In this document: positions 29,177 to 39,279 of the stretch, piece by piece
Numbering within the stretch: the stretch's first letter is position 1
Layout of the letters: every line of letters begins with the position of its first letter
Assembly (NCBI GenBank): GCA_965199755.1
Contig: CBDASZ010000001.1
Location: 352,001-416,000 of the forward strand
From: an uncultured candidatus Porisulfidus sp.
Lineage (GTDB): Bacteria > Pseudomonadota > Gammaproteobacteria > Poriferisulfidales > Poriferisulfidaceae
Direction: 5' to 3'
Length of the DNA stretch: 64,000 bases
Translations under genes and position numbers: made by a program
The notes under the pieces: model-generated
Databases searched by the model: none
Told to the model about the DNA's origin: nothing
The model's input: the letters and a program-made list of their open reading frames with translations, nothing else

Positions 29177-29767
29177 CTAGAGCACGCCTTTCGTGGATGG
29201 TGTACCGCTTTCCTTCGAGTCGAGCTCGGCGGCCATGCGAAGTGCGCGTCCAAACGCCTTGAAGATGGTCTCGGCGATGTGATGCGCGTTGCTGCCGCGC
29301 AGGGCATCAATATGCAGGGTCGTCATGGCATGGTTGGAGAAGCCCTGAAAGAACTCGTGCACCAGATCCACATCAAAGTCATGGATGCGCGCGCGTGGGT
29401 ACTGCGCGTGGTACTCCAGGCCGGGACGGCCGGAGAAATCAAGCACCACACGGGACAGTGCTTCATCAAGCGGCACGTAGGCGTGGCCGTAGCGGCGGAT
29501 CGCGGTCTTGTCGCCGAGCGCCTGACGCACGGCTTGCCCGAGCACAATACCAATGTCTTCGACCGTGTGGTGGGCGTCCACAGACAAGTCGCCTTCGGCC
29601 TCCAGCGTCAGGTCCAGCATGCCGTGGCGGCTGACCTGTTCGAGCATGTGCTCCAGAAACGGTAGTCCGGTCTTCAGTTTCGAGACGCCACTGCCGTCCA
29701 GATTGATTTCCAGATCAATCCGGGTTTCACGGGTTTCGCGTTGAATACGGGCGGTGCGGGCACTCAT
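29177..29767 (-). CDS. hisB: imidazoleglycerol-phosphate dehydratase
   Basis: [22 protein letters not shown]. Confidence 0.97.
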   Translation of the reverse strand: MSARTARIQRETRETRIDLEINLDGSGVSKLKTGLPFLEHMLEQVSRHGMLDLTLEAEGDLSVDAHHTVEDIGIVLGQAVRQALGDKTAIRRYGHAYVPLDEALSRVVLDFSGRPGLEYHAQYPRARIHDFDVDLVHEFFQGFSNHAMTTLHIDALRGSNAHHIAETIFKAFGRALRMAAELDSKESGTPSTKGVL

Positions 29768-29814
29768 GGCGTGAGTGGCGGTGGGCGTGTGCGTCTATTG
29801 TACCGTCTGAGGTC

Positions 29815-30252
29815 TCAACTGCTCAACACAAAACTGACTGGCCCGTCGTTGACGAGATGAACGTGCATGTCGGAGCCGAATTGTCCGGCAGCGACCTCCT
29901 TGTGCTGATCGCGGCATTCTGAAAGCAGTTCCATGAATAACAACTTGGCCTCATCAGGCGGTGCCGCGCTGCTGAAACTTGCGCGCAGGCCGCGATTGGT
30001 ATCGGCGGCCAGCGTAAACTGTGGCACCAGCAGCAAGCCGCCGCCGGTGTCAAGTAGCGACAGGTTCATGCGATTCTTGGAGTCGCCGAACAGGCGATAG
30101 TTGAGCAGCCGCATGCACATGCGCTGGATATCCTCTGAAGTATCTTCCCGATGAAAGCCGACCAGTGCCAGAATACCGGCATCAATAGTGGCGATGGTGT
30201 GATCGTCAACGGTCACGCGCGCTTTGGTCACGCGCTGCAGCAGGGCAAGCAT
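29815..30252 (-). CDS. dtd: D-aminoacyl-tRNA deacylase
   Basis: LQRV, PQFTL, NDGPV. Confidence 0.95.
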   Translation of the reverse strand: MLALLQRVTKARVTVDDHTIATIDAGILALVGFHREDTSEDIQRMCMRLLNYRLFGDSKNRMNLSLLDTGGGLLLVPQFTLAADTNRGLRASFSSAAPPDEAKLLFMELLSECRDQHKEVAAGQFGSDMHVHLVNDGPVSFVLSS

Positions 30253-30299
30253 AGGCGATAAATCGTTGTAATAGGCATTGACTATAATGCCAGAGTCGC

Positions 30300-30375
30300 G
30301 CGCCCGTGGCTCAGTGGATAGAGCACTGGCCTCCGGAGCCAGGGGTCGCAGGTTCGAATCCTGCCGGGCGCGCCA
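30300..30375 (+). tRNA. tRNA-Arg (CCG)
   Basis: Acceptor GCGCCCG/CGGGCGC, D-loop, anticodon stem CTGGC-CTCCGGA-GCCAG, GGTTCGAATCC, encoded CCA. TATAAT upstream. Confidence 0.97.
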
Positions 30376-30412
30376 CTACGCACATTCAGATATTTTTACC
30401 GGTTCCTTCATC

Positions 30413-31072
30413 ATGTGGTTGCACGTCCCGAAAGTACTTTCACCGGAGCAGTTGCAGCAGGTTCAGGCTTGCGCGCAAGAAGGGGATTACGCGGACGGAC
30501 GCAGCAGCGCCGGTCTGCTGGCCGGTGCCGTCAAGCATAACGAGGAACTGCAGCCGTCAAGCGCCAGAGTGACCGAAGCGGAACAATGCGTCGCGCAGGC
30601 GGTACAGCGTCATGTCGCAGTGCAGCGCAGCGCATTGCCGCTGCGCATCAGCCATCCGGTCTTTGCTCGCTACGGCGAGGGCATGGGCTATGGCTGGCAT
30701 ACGGATGATGCGATTATGGGCCATGGCGGCTACCGCGCGGATCTGGCGATGACCGTGTTTCTGAATGACCCGGAGGAATATGACGGCGGCGATCTGGTGG
30801 TGCGCATGCCTCATGGGGAATGCCATGCGCGGCACCCGGCAGGCGACGCGGTACTGTATTCGGCCAGCTGCCTGCATCGCGTCGAACTGGTCAGTCGCGG
30901 TGAGCGCCGTGTCGCCGTGCTGTGGATTCAGAGTCAGGTCCGAGACGAACAACAGCGCGAAGTGCTGCAGGAAATTGATGCGCTGCGTACACAGCAATTA
31001 CAAGACAATCAGAATGCGACTCAACTGGACTGGGTATACTCGCGTCTGTTGCGGATGTGGGCCGATGTCTAA
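30413..31072 (+). CDS. PKHD-type Fe(II)/2-oxoglutarate dioxygenase (PiuC/YbiX)
   Basis: DGRSSAG, KHN, WHTD, DLAMTVFL, YDGGDL, LHRV, LLRMW. Confidence 0.9.
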   Translation: MWLHVPKVLSPEQLQQVQACAQEGDYADGRSSAGLLAGAVKHNEELQPSSARVTEAEQCVAQAVQRHVAVQRSALPLRISHPVFARYGEGMGYGWHTDDAIMGHGGYRADLAMTVFLNDPEEYDGGDLVVRMPHGECHARHPAGDAVLYSASCLHRVELVSRGERRVAVLWIQSQVRDEQQREVLQEIDALRTQQLQDNQNATQLDWVYSRLLRMWADV

Positions 31073-31868
31073 GAAGCCGGTACGTCTGAAAGGCCGTAAA
31101 GGCTACAATGAGGAATTGCGCCGCCTGCAGGTGGAGCTGGTCAAGTTGCAGTACTGGGTGCAGCATCAGCGCGCGCGCGTGGTGGTGGTGTTCGAGGGCC
31201 GGGACGCGGCCGGCAAAGGCGGTGTCATCCGCCGCATCGTGCGACATACCAGTCCACGCATTGTGCACGTGGTCGCCTTGCCGAAACCATCAGAAGAAGA
31301 ATGCGGGCAATGGTATTTTCAGCGCTATGTTCCGCACCTGCCGCAGCGCGGACAAATTGTGCTGTTTGATCGCAGTTGGTACAACCGCGCCGGGGTGGAA
31401 CGGGTGATGGGATTCTGCTCCGAGCAGGAAGTGGAGGATTTCTTCGTCAGCTGCCCGCAGTTCGAGGATATGCTGATTCGGGAGGGCATCCACCTGATCA
31501 AATACTGGTTCACCGTGAGTCGGGAAGAGCAGGAGCAGCGCTTTCAGGCGCGCGGCTCGGATCCGCTTAAGCGCTGGAAACTCAGTCCAATGGATCTGGA
31601 ATCACGCCGCCTTTGGGCCGAATACACGAAAGCGCGTGACGATATGTTCGCGCACTGCCATACGCCGCAGGCACCGTGGCACGTGATCGATACCAACAGC
31701 AAACTGGAAGGACGCTTGAATTGCATCCACCATTTGTTGTCGCAATTTGACTATCAGGACATGATGCCGCCGGAAATCGAGTTCCGGCCGCTGTCGGAAC
31801 AGGAATATTCGGCGCGTGGGACCATGCCGGAACCCGCTCCGCCCGCGTATCGCGTGGACGAAAAGTAG
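31065..31868 (+). CDS. ppk2: polyphosphate kinase 2
   Basis: FEGRDAAGKGG, WYFQRY, FDRSWYNRAGVERVMGF, WKLSPMD. Confidence 0.96.
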   Translation: MSKKPVRLKGRKGYNEELRRLQVELVKLQYWVQHQRARVVVVFEGRDAAGKGGVIRRIVRHTSPRIVHVVALPKPSEEECGQWYFQRYVPHLPQRGQIVLFDRSWYNRAGVERVMGFCSEQEVEDFFVSCPQFEDMLIREGIHLIKYWFTVSREEQEQRFQARGSDPLKRWKLSPMDLESRRLWAEYTKARDDMFAHCHTPQAPWHVIDTNSKLEGRLNCIHHLLSQFDYQDMMPPEIEFRPLSEQEYSARGTMPEPAPPAYRVDEK

Positions 31869-31887
31869 CGCGGTCGCTTCGGGCCGC

Positions 31888-32091
31888 TCAGTTGTGTGAG
31901 CCTTTCTCTTCGTGGGCCAAAGCCACCACTTTCATGGCTTGGTCCCGGTATTCCTGCCGGTAGTTATGCAACGGTGAGTCTTCATCAGGCGTGAAGTATT
32001 CTGCCATTCCGAGGCCGCGCTCGCGGTCTTCCGCAATAAAGCGGCGCTGCATTTCCAGCATTTTCTCAATCAGTTCGCGTTTTTCGCTCAT
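31888..32091 (-). CDS. small conserved hypothetical protein
   Basis: 67-aa helical ORF (MLEMQRRFI..YRQEY..LAHEEKGS) filling the intergenic space. Confidence 0.65.
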   Translation of the reverse strand: MSEKRELIEKMLEMQRRFIAEDRERGLGMAEYFTPDEDSPLHNYRQEYRDQAMKVVALAHEEKGSHN

Positions 32092-32299
32092 CAGAAATGT
32101 TGTTCCGGTTGATGTGTATCCATTATACAGTCTTGTCTCACACAGAATGAGCATGAAATGAAGGACGGACTGATGCTATGGTGTGTCAAATCCGCACCAC
32201 CAAGAGTTGCTTTTTTCAGAGCCTTCTGTAGAATACATGATTGAGATTAGACCCTTATGGGTGTTGGGCTGCCTAGGCTAGGTTCAGCATAATCTCTCG

Positions 32300-32419
32300 C
32301 CCCCCCCGGTTGCTTCGACTCCGGGGCCGGGGCCTCCTAGGAAGGCCCCGGATACCTTTATCTTCTTGGGGCCTGCCAGTGCTCAGGCTTTCCTCAGGGC
32401 CTTTGTACTGAGGACGCTC
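32300..32419 (+). promoter_or_regulatory. structured 5' leader of the NYN gene
   Basis: Four consecutive stems, the last (TCCTCAG/CTGAGGA) covering the RBS. CATAAT at 32288-32293. Confidence 0.5.
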
Positions 32420-33049
32420 ATGCGTACTATCGTCTACACAGACGGATTTAATCTGTACTATGGTGCCCTCCAAGGCACGCCTTGGAAGTGGGTAGATATT
32501 CCATTACTTTTCTCAAATCTGTTGGAGCCGCACCACGAAATTTCAGCGGTTAAGTACTTCATCACAAGAATTTATGGCGACTTTGGGGATCCCGATAAAT
32601 TGCGAAGACAGGAAATATTTTTTCGTGCATTGCAGGCATATCGGCCTGAGTTGGAAATTTATTACGGGCATTTTCATCGCCATGATGTCATGATGCCGCT
32701 TGCCAAACCCACCAAAGCTCGTCGCTTTGCCAAAGTGATCAAAGTTGAAGAAAAGGGGTCCGATGTCAATCTGGCGGTTCATTTGCTGAATGATGCGTGG
32801 CTGGATGCTTACGACTGTGCTGTGGTTGTTACGAATGACAGTGATCTTGCCGAAGCATTAAATCTGGTTAAACAGCACCCCGGTTCTAAACGTATTGGGT
32901 TAGTGCCTCCAAGGAAAGGTCAAGCTTCGCAGCGGTTGCTGAAATATGCCGATTTCACAAGACGTATACGACCTCATATTTTGGAGGCATCACAATTGCC
33001 TGATCCTATACCGGGAACCTCCCTTCATAAACCCGACGCCTGGAAGTGA
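32420..33049 (+). CDS. NYN-domain (LabA/DUF88, PIN-like) ribonuclease
   Basis: VYTDGFNLYYG, EEKGSDVNLA, TNDSDL. AT-richer than the flanks. Confidence 0.9.
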   Translation: MRTIVYTDGFNLYYGALQGTPWKWVDIPLLFSNLLEPHHEISAVKYFITRIYGDFGDPDKLRRQEIFFRALQAYRPELEIYYGHFHRHDVMMPLAKPTKARRFAKVIKVEEKGSDVNLAVHLLNDAWLDAYDCAVVVTNDSDLAEALNLVKQHPGSKRIGLVPPRKGQASQRLLKYADFTRRIRPHILEASQLPDPIPGTSLHKPDAWK

Positions 33050-33156
33050 CCTGCAATACGGTTGTTGCCAAGTTCTCTTTCATCGCGCGGTTTTCAGGTT
33101 GCTGCACTTGTTATACTTTGGCTCAATGAGTCACCACGTCAGGGAGACCCGCCACA

Positions 33157-33345
33157 GTGAATGAGTGGCTATCCAAACTGCTGAAAACTCCAGTGTTCTG
33201 GCGCGCCGTTTTCATGGGCGCGATGACACTGTGGGCCCTGACCATCACGCTGTTCGCAGTAGGCTTCTCCGCTTATCCGGTCGGATGGTTGTTGCTGTTG
33301 GTGGTGGCGGCATGGGCATGGTACGCCGGACGCAGAATTAACTGA
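33157..33345 (+). CDS. small two-TM membrane protein
   Basis: Two hydrophobic segments, GGGAG RBS, fills the gap. Confidence 0.5.
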   Translation: MNEWLSKLLKTPVFWRAVFMGAMTLWALTITLFAVGFSAYPVGWLLLLVVAAWAWYAGRRIN

Positions 33346-33347
33346 CC

Positions 33348-34025
33348 TCAGCGCGCTTCGCGCCGCAAGGCCCATTCCCGAACTTGGTGTCCCAGACGCT
33401 TCGCGCGCAATTCGTAATGCGTTTCGGGTCGCTTTGGCAGTTCTGCCAGTTGCGTCCAGTCTGAATTGTCGGCCAACAACGAGTCAATATGTTCAGCGTA
33501 GTCGTTCCAGTCGGTGGCCAGATGCAGGATGCCGTCAGTGCTCACCACTCGCGCGCATTCACGCAGAAAGGGTTCTTGCAGCAAGCGTCGTTTCCAGTGC
33601 CGCTTCTTCGGCCAGGGATCCGGGAACAGGATGCGCAGCTGCTCAATACAACCGGACGCAAATCGAGGCAGCAAGGCCGCGGCATCGCCGCGAATAACCC
33701 GCAGATTCTCAAGTTTCAAGTGCTGGATCTGGTGCAAAACGCGCGCCAGAGAAGGTTGATAGACTTCGATTCCGATGAAGATATGCCGAGGACAGATTCG
33801 TGCTTCCTCCAGAAGGATTTCGGCGTGGCCGAAGCCGATCTCCAGAACCATTTTGCCCGGCCTTTGAAAGGGTAAAGCCGGGTTAAATCCGTCTTCCGCA
33901 ACCACGAACTGGTATTTTTCCAGCAATCGTTCGTAGTTCGCCTGCTTTTTGTCGGGCAGACGACGTGCACGATGCACGAAAGAGCGAATAGTGCGTGGGG
34001 CGGGCGCATTGTAGTTAAAGTTCAT
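33348..34025 (-). CDS. trmB: tRNA (guanine-N7)-methyltransferase
   Basis: [25 protein letters not shown]. Confidence 0.95.
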   Translation of the reverse strand: MNFNYNAPAPRTIRSFVHRARRLPDKKQANYERLLEKYQFVVAEDGFNPALPFQRPGKMVLEIGFGHAEILLEEARICPRHIFIGIEVYQPSLARVLHQIQHLKLENLRVIRGDAAALLPRFASGCIEQLRILFPDPWPKKRHWKRRLLQEPFLRECARVVSTDGILHLATDWNDYAEHIDSLLADNSDWTQLAELPKRPETHYELRAKRLGHQVREWALRREAR

Positions 34026-34804
34026 TCAAGCATATCTTCAAGTGGGCTTGATGCGTGCGCGATCTCATGTCGCGGCATGCGCCCAGCGCGCCAAGCCAGA
34101 CGTCCGGCTTCCACGGCCAGACGCATGGCGTGCGCCATGCGCACCGGCTCCTTCGCCGCAGCAATAGCGGTGTTCATCAGTACGCCGTCGCAGCCCAACT
34201 CCATGGCAATGGCCGCATCTGAGGCGGTGCCGACGCCAGCATCAACCAAAATGGGTGTTGTGGCCTGTTCCAGAATGATGCGCAGGTTGTCAGGGTTGCG
34301 GATGCCGCGCCCGGAACCGATTGGCGCGGCCAGCGGCATGACAGCGATACAGCCGGCTTCCGCCAGTTGTCGCGCGATGACCGGATCGTCATTGGTGTAA
34401 GCCATCACCTCGAAGCCTTCCGCGACCAGCACTTCCGCAGCGCTCAAGGTCTGCGCGACATCGGGATACAGCAGCCGCTCATCGCCCAGCACTTCAAGCT
34501 TGACCAGCGTATGGTCGTCCAGCAATTCCCGGGCCAGACGGCAGACGCGCAAGGCATCTTCGGCGCTGTAGCAGCCGGCGGTGTTCGGCAATATGGTGTA
34601 TTCCTGCGGAGGAATCACATCCAGCAGATTGGGCGCATCGGGGTCTTGGCCGATGTTGGTGCGGCGCAAGGCGACCGTCACGATTTCAGCGCCGGAGGCT
34701 TCAATCGCTTCGCGCGTCTGCTCCAGATCCCGATACTTGCCGGTGCCGACCAGCAATCGTGAGCGATAGTCGCGCCCGGCGAGGCGTAAGACGTCGTCAG
34801 TCAT
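34022..34804 (-). CDS. thiG: thiazole synthase
   Basis: [27 protein letters not shown]. Confidence 0.97.
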   Translation of the reverse strand: MTDDVLRLAGRDYRSRLLVGTGKYRDLEQTREAIEASGAEIVTVALRRTNIGQDPDAPNLLDVIPPQEYTILPNTAGCYSAEDALRVCRLARELLDDHTLVKLEVLGDERLLYPDVAQTLSAAEVLVAEGFEVMAYTNDDPVIARQLAEAGCIAVMPLAAPIGSGRGIRNPDNLRIILEQATTPILVDAGVGTASDAAIAMELGCDGVLMNTAIAAAKEPVRMAHAMRLAVEAGRLAWRAGRMPRHEIAHASSPLEDMLE

Positions 34805-34806
34805 GT

Positions 34807-35004
34807 TCAGCCGCCACCGATGGCGCGCACCACTTCTACGCGATCGCCATCCTGCAACTGATGTTCCGACCAGCGCGAGCGCGGGATGACGCGGCGGTTG
34901 ACTTCCACCGCCAGACGTCCTTGCAGTTTCAGGCAGTCGACCATCTGCGGAATCGTCGCGGCATCAGGCAACGTCTGGAGTTGGCCGTTGACGGTCAGTT
35001 GCAT
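34807..35004 (-). CDS. thiS: sulfur carrier protein ThiS
   Basis: 65 aa, AVEVN, C-terminal GG, adjacent to thiG. Confidence 0.95.
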   Translation of the reverse strand: MQLTVNGQLQTLPDAATIPQMVDCLKLQGRLAVEVNRRVIPRSRWSEHQLQDGDRVEVVRAIGGG

Positions 35005-35010
35005 GGGTCT

Positions 35011-35406
35011 TCAGCTCAACTGCTCCATGAGTTTCTCGACGCTAAAGGTGCCGTACACCATCTTCAGATTGCCGCCTTCGACCACGATGTAATCGCACCC
35101 GCGCACGACCACGGGCTTGCCGGTCGCGGCCATCTCTCCCAACGGTCCTTGATGTGTGCCGAACAGCAACCACGGCACCGCGATCTGTCCAATGCTGGTG
35201 GGGGACTGGGAGATCAATTCCAGTTTGAGATCGGGGAAGGCACCAAACAGACCCTCCGCATACTCACCAATGGCCGCACCTGTCAGCGGGCCGCCGGTGA
35301 CCGGATCTTCGTAACTGCCGTCCTCGGCGTAGACGTCCATAACCGCCTGAGGGTCATGCGCATCCCAAGCGTCGAAATAGGCTCGGATAACTTCTTCAGG
35401 GTTCAT
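35011..35406 (-). CDS. SnoaL/NTF2-like (ester cyclase family) protein
   Basis: YFDAWDAHD, YEDP, AFPDL, GTHQG..ATGK. Confidence 0.8.
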   Translation of the reverse strand: MNPEEVIRAYFDAWDAHDPQAVMDVYAEDGSYEDPVTGGPLTGAAIGEYAEGLFGAFPDLKLELISQSPTSIGQIAVPWLLFGTHQGPLGEMAATGKPVVVRGCDYIVVEGGNLKMVYGTFSVEKLMEQLS

Positions 35407-35415
35407 GCTGTGACC

Positions 35416-36705
35416 TCACGTTGCGATGTTTAATGCTTGGTCAAGATCGGCAATGATGTCATTGATATCTTCAATGCCGACAGATAACCGGATGACTTCT
35501 GGGCCTGCGCCAGCGGCGATTTTTTGCTCATCGCTGAGCTGTCGATGTGTGGTGGAGGCAGGATGCACGATAAGCGAGCGAGTATCGCCAATGTTGGCGA
35601 GGTGCGAGAACAAGGCCACATTTTCCACCACTTTGACGCCGGCCTCATAACCGCCGTCGACGCCGAACGTGAATACTGCGCCGGCTCCCTCAGGGCAGTA
35701 GCGCTGCGCCCGCTCATAGTAGGGGTCTTGCGGCAAGCCAGCGTAGGATACCCAGGCGACCTTCTCGTGCTGCTGCAGCCATTCGGCGGTGGCTTGCGCG
35801 TTGGCGCAATGCTGACGCACACGCAAGGGTAGCGTTTCCAGCCCCGTCATGGTGAGCGCCGCGTTCATGGGCGACATGGTAGGACCAAGATCGCGCAGGC
35901 TCACGGCAATGGAGTAGAAGGTATAGGCGAGTGGGCCGAACTTGTCGGTGAAAGAGTCGCCGTGGTAGGCCGGGTTGGGGTCGGTCAGATGCGGGAATTT
36001 ACCGCTGGCGTCCCAATCGAACGTCCCGGAGTCAATCACCACGCCACCGACGGCATTGCCGTGCCCGGACAGAAACTTGGTGGTGGAGTGCACCACCAGA
36101 TCAGCACCATGCTCAATCGGCCGGCACAGCACCGGGGTCGCTAGCGTGTTGTCGATAATCAGCGGAATATCGTGGTCGTGCGCAATATCTGCCAGCGCTT
36201 GAATGTCGCACATAATGCCGCCAGGATTGGCCAGACTTTCGCTGAAAATCGCACGGGTGCGCTCATTGCACGCATCCCGCACCGCATCCAGATCATCCGG
36301 GTCCACAAAGCGCACGGTCCAGCCGAAGCGCGCGAAGGCATGGCCGAATTGGGTGATGGAGCCGCCGTACAGTTTGTTGGAGGCGACGAACTCATCGCCG
36401 GTGCGCATCAAACCGAACAGAGTCAGCATTTGCGCGGCATGGCCGGAGGCGGAGCAGACCGCGCCGACACCGCCTTCCAGATCCGCCAGTCGGCTTTGCA
36501 GGGTATGGACGGTGGGATTGGTGAGGCGCGAGTAGATAAACCCGGTCTCATCAAGATTAAACAGATTGGCGGCGTGTTCGACGTCGCGAAACACAAACGC
36601 TACCGACTGATGAATCGGCGGTATGCGCGCCCCCGTAGTCGGATCCGGCTCGGTGCCGGCGTGAATGGCGCGGGTGCTGAGTCTTTGGGCTTTGGATTCG
36701 CTCAC
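35416..36705 (-). CDS. metY: O-acetylhomoserine sulfhydrylase (MetY family), copy 1
   Basis: YSRLTNPT, DNT, HSTTKF (PLP Lys), HLANIGD, HPASTTHRQL. GTG start with AAGGA RBS. Confidence 0.88.
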   Translation of the reverse strand: MSESKAQRLSTRAIHAGTEPDPTTGARIPPIHQSVAFVFRDVEHAANLFNLDETGFIYSRLTNPTVHTLQSRLADLEGGVGAVCSASGHAAQMLTLFGLMRTGDEFVASNKLYGGSITQFGHAFARFGWTVRFVDPDDLDAVRDACNERTRAIFSESLANPGGIMCDIQALADIAHDHDIPLIIDNTLATPVLCRPIEHGADLVVHSTTKFLSGHGNAVGGVVIDSGTFDWDASGKFPHLTDPNPAYHGDSFTDKFGPLAYTFYSIAVSLRDLGPTMSPMNAALTMTGLETLPLRVRQHCANAQATAEWLQQHEKVAWVSYAGLPQDPYYERAQRYCPEGAGAVFTFGVDGGYEAGVKVVENVALFSHLANIGDTRSLIVHPASTTHRQLSDEQKIAAGAGPEVIRLSVGIEDINDIIADLDQALNIAT

Positions 36706-36718
36706 GGGGGTGTCCTTA

Positions 36719-37255
36719 TTATGTATATTCGCTTTGGAAGCGATTTTTGTTATCGACGTAATGCGCTGCCGAATACCGCAGGTATTCCAGTTCTGCATCG
36801 TTAAGTTCACGGAGTTTGCGGGCCGGACTGCCGACCCACAGGCAGCCGCCGTCGAGGGTTTTCCCGGGCGGCACCAGACAACCGGCACCGATGATGGTGT
36901 CCGCGCTGATGACCGAGCCGTCCAGCACAATCGCGCCCATGCCGATCAGGCAGCGGTCGCCGATCTCGCAGGCATGAATGACGGCGCTATGACCGACCGT
37001 GACCTCATCGCCAATGGTGGTGCCGAAACCGCCGGGGGTATAGTCGCAGTCGTGGGTGACATGCACCACGCTGCCGTCCTGAATATTGGTGCGCGCACCG
37101 ATGCGGATCAAATGCACGTCGCCGCGAATGACCGTCATTGGCCAGACCGAACTGTCTTCACCGAGGTGCACATCGCCGAGTACCAGTGCCTGATCGTCAA
37201 CGTAGGCGGAGTCGGCGATGACGGGTGTATGCCCTTCAAACGTACGAACAGCCAT
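36719..37255 (-). CDS. gamma carbonic anhydrase family protein (YrdA-like)
   Basis: Hexapeptide repeats, IRGD, NIQD..H, VGH..H. Confidence 0.92.
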   Translation of the reverse strand: MAVRTFEGHTPVIADSAYVDDQALVLGDVHLGEDSSVWPMTVIRGDVHLIRIGARTNIQDGSVVHVTHDCDYTPGGFGTTIGDEVTVGHSAVIHACEIGDRCLIGMGAIVLDGSVISADTIIGAGCLVPPGKTLDGGCLWVGSPARKLRELNDAELEYLRYSAAHYVDNKNRFQSEYT

Positions 37256-37288
37256 GGTGTTAGTGCAGGGCGATCGAGGCGGGTGGTG

Positions 37289-38530
37289 TTACGCGGCGTT
37301 TTGGCCGTAATGTTCTTGCACGTAGTCGTCGAGCATCTGGCGGAAATCCTCGGCGATAGTGTCGCCGCGCAAGGTGCGCACGCGTTCGCCGTCAACATAC
37401 ACTGGGGCACCCGGATTCTCGCGCGAGCCTGGCAGGCTGATGCCAATGTTGGCGTGTCGGCTTTCGCCCGGTCCGTTGACCACGCAGCCCATCACCGCGA
37501 CAGTCATATTGGCGACGCCCGGATACTGCTTGCGCCACTGCGGCATGTCGTCGGCAATGGCCTGTTCAATATCCCGCGCCAGTCGGCGGAAGAAATCGCT
37601 GCTGGTACGCCCACAGCCCGGACAAGCCGTGACAGAAGGCGTGAAATGCCGCAGATTCAAGCTTTGCAGCAGATCACACAGCACCCGGACTTCATCGGCG
37701 CGATCGCCTCCGGGCAGTGGTGTGAGCGAGGCGCGCAGCGTGTCGCCGACGCCCTGTTGCAACAGCAAAGTTAAGGCGCTGGTGGTGGCCACGATCGCAC
37801 GTCGGCCCATGCCGGCTTCAGTCAGGCCCAGATGCAGGGGATAGTCGCATAATCTGGCCAGTTCCAGATAGGTGTTGACCAAAGGCTCGATGCGGCTGAG
37901 TTTGACCGACAGGATGATGGCGTCATGCGGCAGTCCGATCTGCTCCGCCATTTCCGCGCTGCGTAAGGCGGATTGCACCATCGCCTCTTGCTGGACCTGC
38001 ATTGAATCGAGCGGGTTCTCGCGCTTGGCGTTCTCATCCATCAGTTCGGCCAGAAGCACCGGGTCAAGACTGCCCCAGTTGACGCCGATGCGCACGGGTT
38101 TCTCGTGCTCGCAGGCCAGTTCAATGAACTGGGTGAAGTGCGGGTCGCGCGCCTTGCCGCGCCCGACATTGCCCGGATTGACGCGGAACTTGTCCAGCGC
38201 CTTCGCGCATTCAGGATATTTGGACAGCAACTCGTGGCCGTTGAAATGAAAGTCCCCAATTAGCGGCACCGTGATGTCTTCGGCGTGCAGTTGATCGCGA
38301 ATTTCAGGCACCGCTTGCGCCGCGTCATGGTCGTTGACCGTGATGCGCACTAACTCCGAGCCGGCGCGGGCCAAATCCTTGACCTGTTTGACGGTGCGTT
38401 CCACGTCCGCAGTGGGCGTGTCGGTCATGGATTGTACAACGATCGGCGCGTTGCCGCCGACCGTGACTTCGCCAATGCGTACAGGGATGCTTTGGCGGCG
38501 AGAGTGCAACATGGAATCAGTTTCGTCCAT
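37289..38530 (-). CDS. ispG: (E)-4-hydroxy-3-methylbut-2-enyl-diphosphate synthase
   Basis: [42 protein letters not shown]. Confidence 0.97.
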   Translation of the reverse strand: MDETDSMLHSRRQSIPVRIGEVTVGGNAPIVVQSMTDTPTADVERTVKQVKDLARAGSELVRITVNDHDAAQAVPEIRDQLHAEDITVPLIGDFHFNGHELLSKYPECAKALDKFRVNPGNVGRGKARDPHFTQFIELACEHEKPVRIGVNWGSLDPVLLAELMDENAKRENPLDSMQVQQEAMVQSALRSAEMAEQIGLPHDAIILSVKLSRIEPLVNTYLELARLCDYPLHLGLTEAGMGRRAIVATTSALTLLLQQGVGDTLRASLTPLPGGDRADEVRVLCDLLQSLNLRHFTPSVTACPGCGRTSSDFFRRLARDIEQAIADDMPQWRKQYPGVANMTVAVMGCVVNGPGESRHANIGISLPGSRENPGAPVYVDGERVRTLRGDTIAEDFRQMLDDYVQEHYGQNAA

Positions 38531-38577
38531 GGTCGGTGTATGCTAAACGAGTGGAGCGATTGCAATAGCAAACTATT

Positions 38578-39279
38578 ATGCCTGTTTCTGATTTGGGGTG
38601 TGGAATTTTTATCACCGGAACCGACACTGGCGTGGGCAAAACCTGGGTCGCCGTGCAACTGATTCAGGCGCTGCGTCGCCGTGGATGGGCAGTGCGCCCG
38701 ATCAAGCCCGTGGAGTCCGGCTGCGCCGAAGCGCATACGCTGTCGGATGCGGAGCGCTTGCGCGCCGCGGCCGATTTGAACACCATGGAGACCATCACTC
38801 GCTACAGCCTCGATGCGGCGCTGGCCCCGGCACTGGCGGCGCAGCGCGAGGGCATATCGTTCTCACTGCGCGAGCTGGTCGAATTTTGTCATCAAGACGG
38901 GGTGCGAATTGTGGAAGGCGCGGGAGGCTGGCGGGTGCCGTTGGCGGCCGATGGCGAGGTGCAGGATCTGGCCGCCGCGCTTGGCTTACCTGTTCTGGTG
39001 GTGGCGGAGGATCGACTGGGCGCGACCAATCAGGTGCTGCTGACTTGCGACGCCATCGCACAGACGCCCAACTGTCATTTGGGCGGGGTGTTGCTGAATG
39101 CGCAAGCCGTGGAATTTGAAGATGTAGGAAACGCAGAAATGTTAACCGAGAGGTTGGGCGCGGTGCCGCTGTGGCGTACGTGCCATGAGTGCTGGCTTGA
39201 TGAGGTTCACGAGGAGGCGTTGCTGGGCGCTTACGGACTATTGGAGGAGGGCGCTGATGCCCGAATTGCCGGAGGTTGA
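38578..39279 (+). CDS. bioD: dethiobiotin synthase
   Basis: FITGTDTGVGKT, KPVESG, VEGAGG. Confidence 0.93.
   Translation: MPVSDLGCGIFITGTDTGVGKTWVAVQLIQALRRRGWAVRPIKPVESGCAEAHTLSDAERLRAAADLNTMETITRYSLDAALAPALAAQREGISFSLRELVEFCHQDGVRIVEGAGGWRVPLAADGEVQDLAAALGLPVLVVAEDRLGATNQVLLTCDAIAQTPNCHLGGVLLNAQAVEFEDVGNAEMLTERLGAVPLWRTCHECWLDEVHEEALLGAYGLLEEGADARIAGG

Noticed and set aside
30300-33100. tRNA-Arg as an integration site for an island
   Set aside because: No integrase and no duplicated tRNA 3' end were seen, and the downstream genes have host-like composition.
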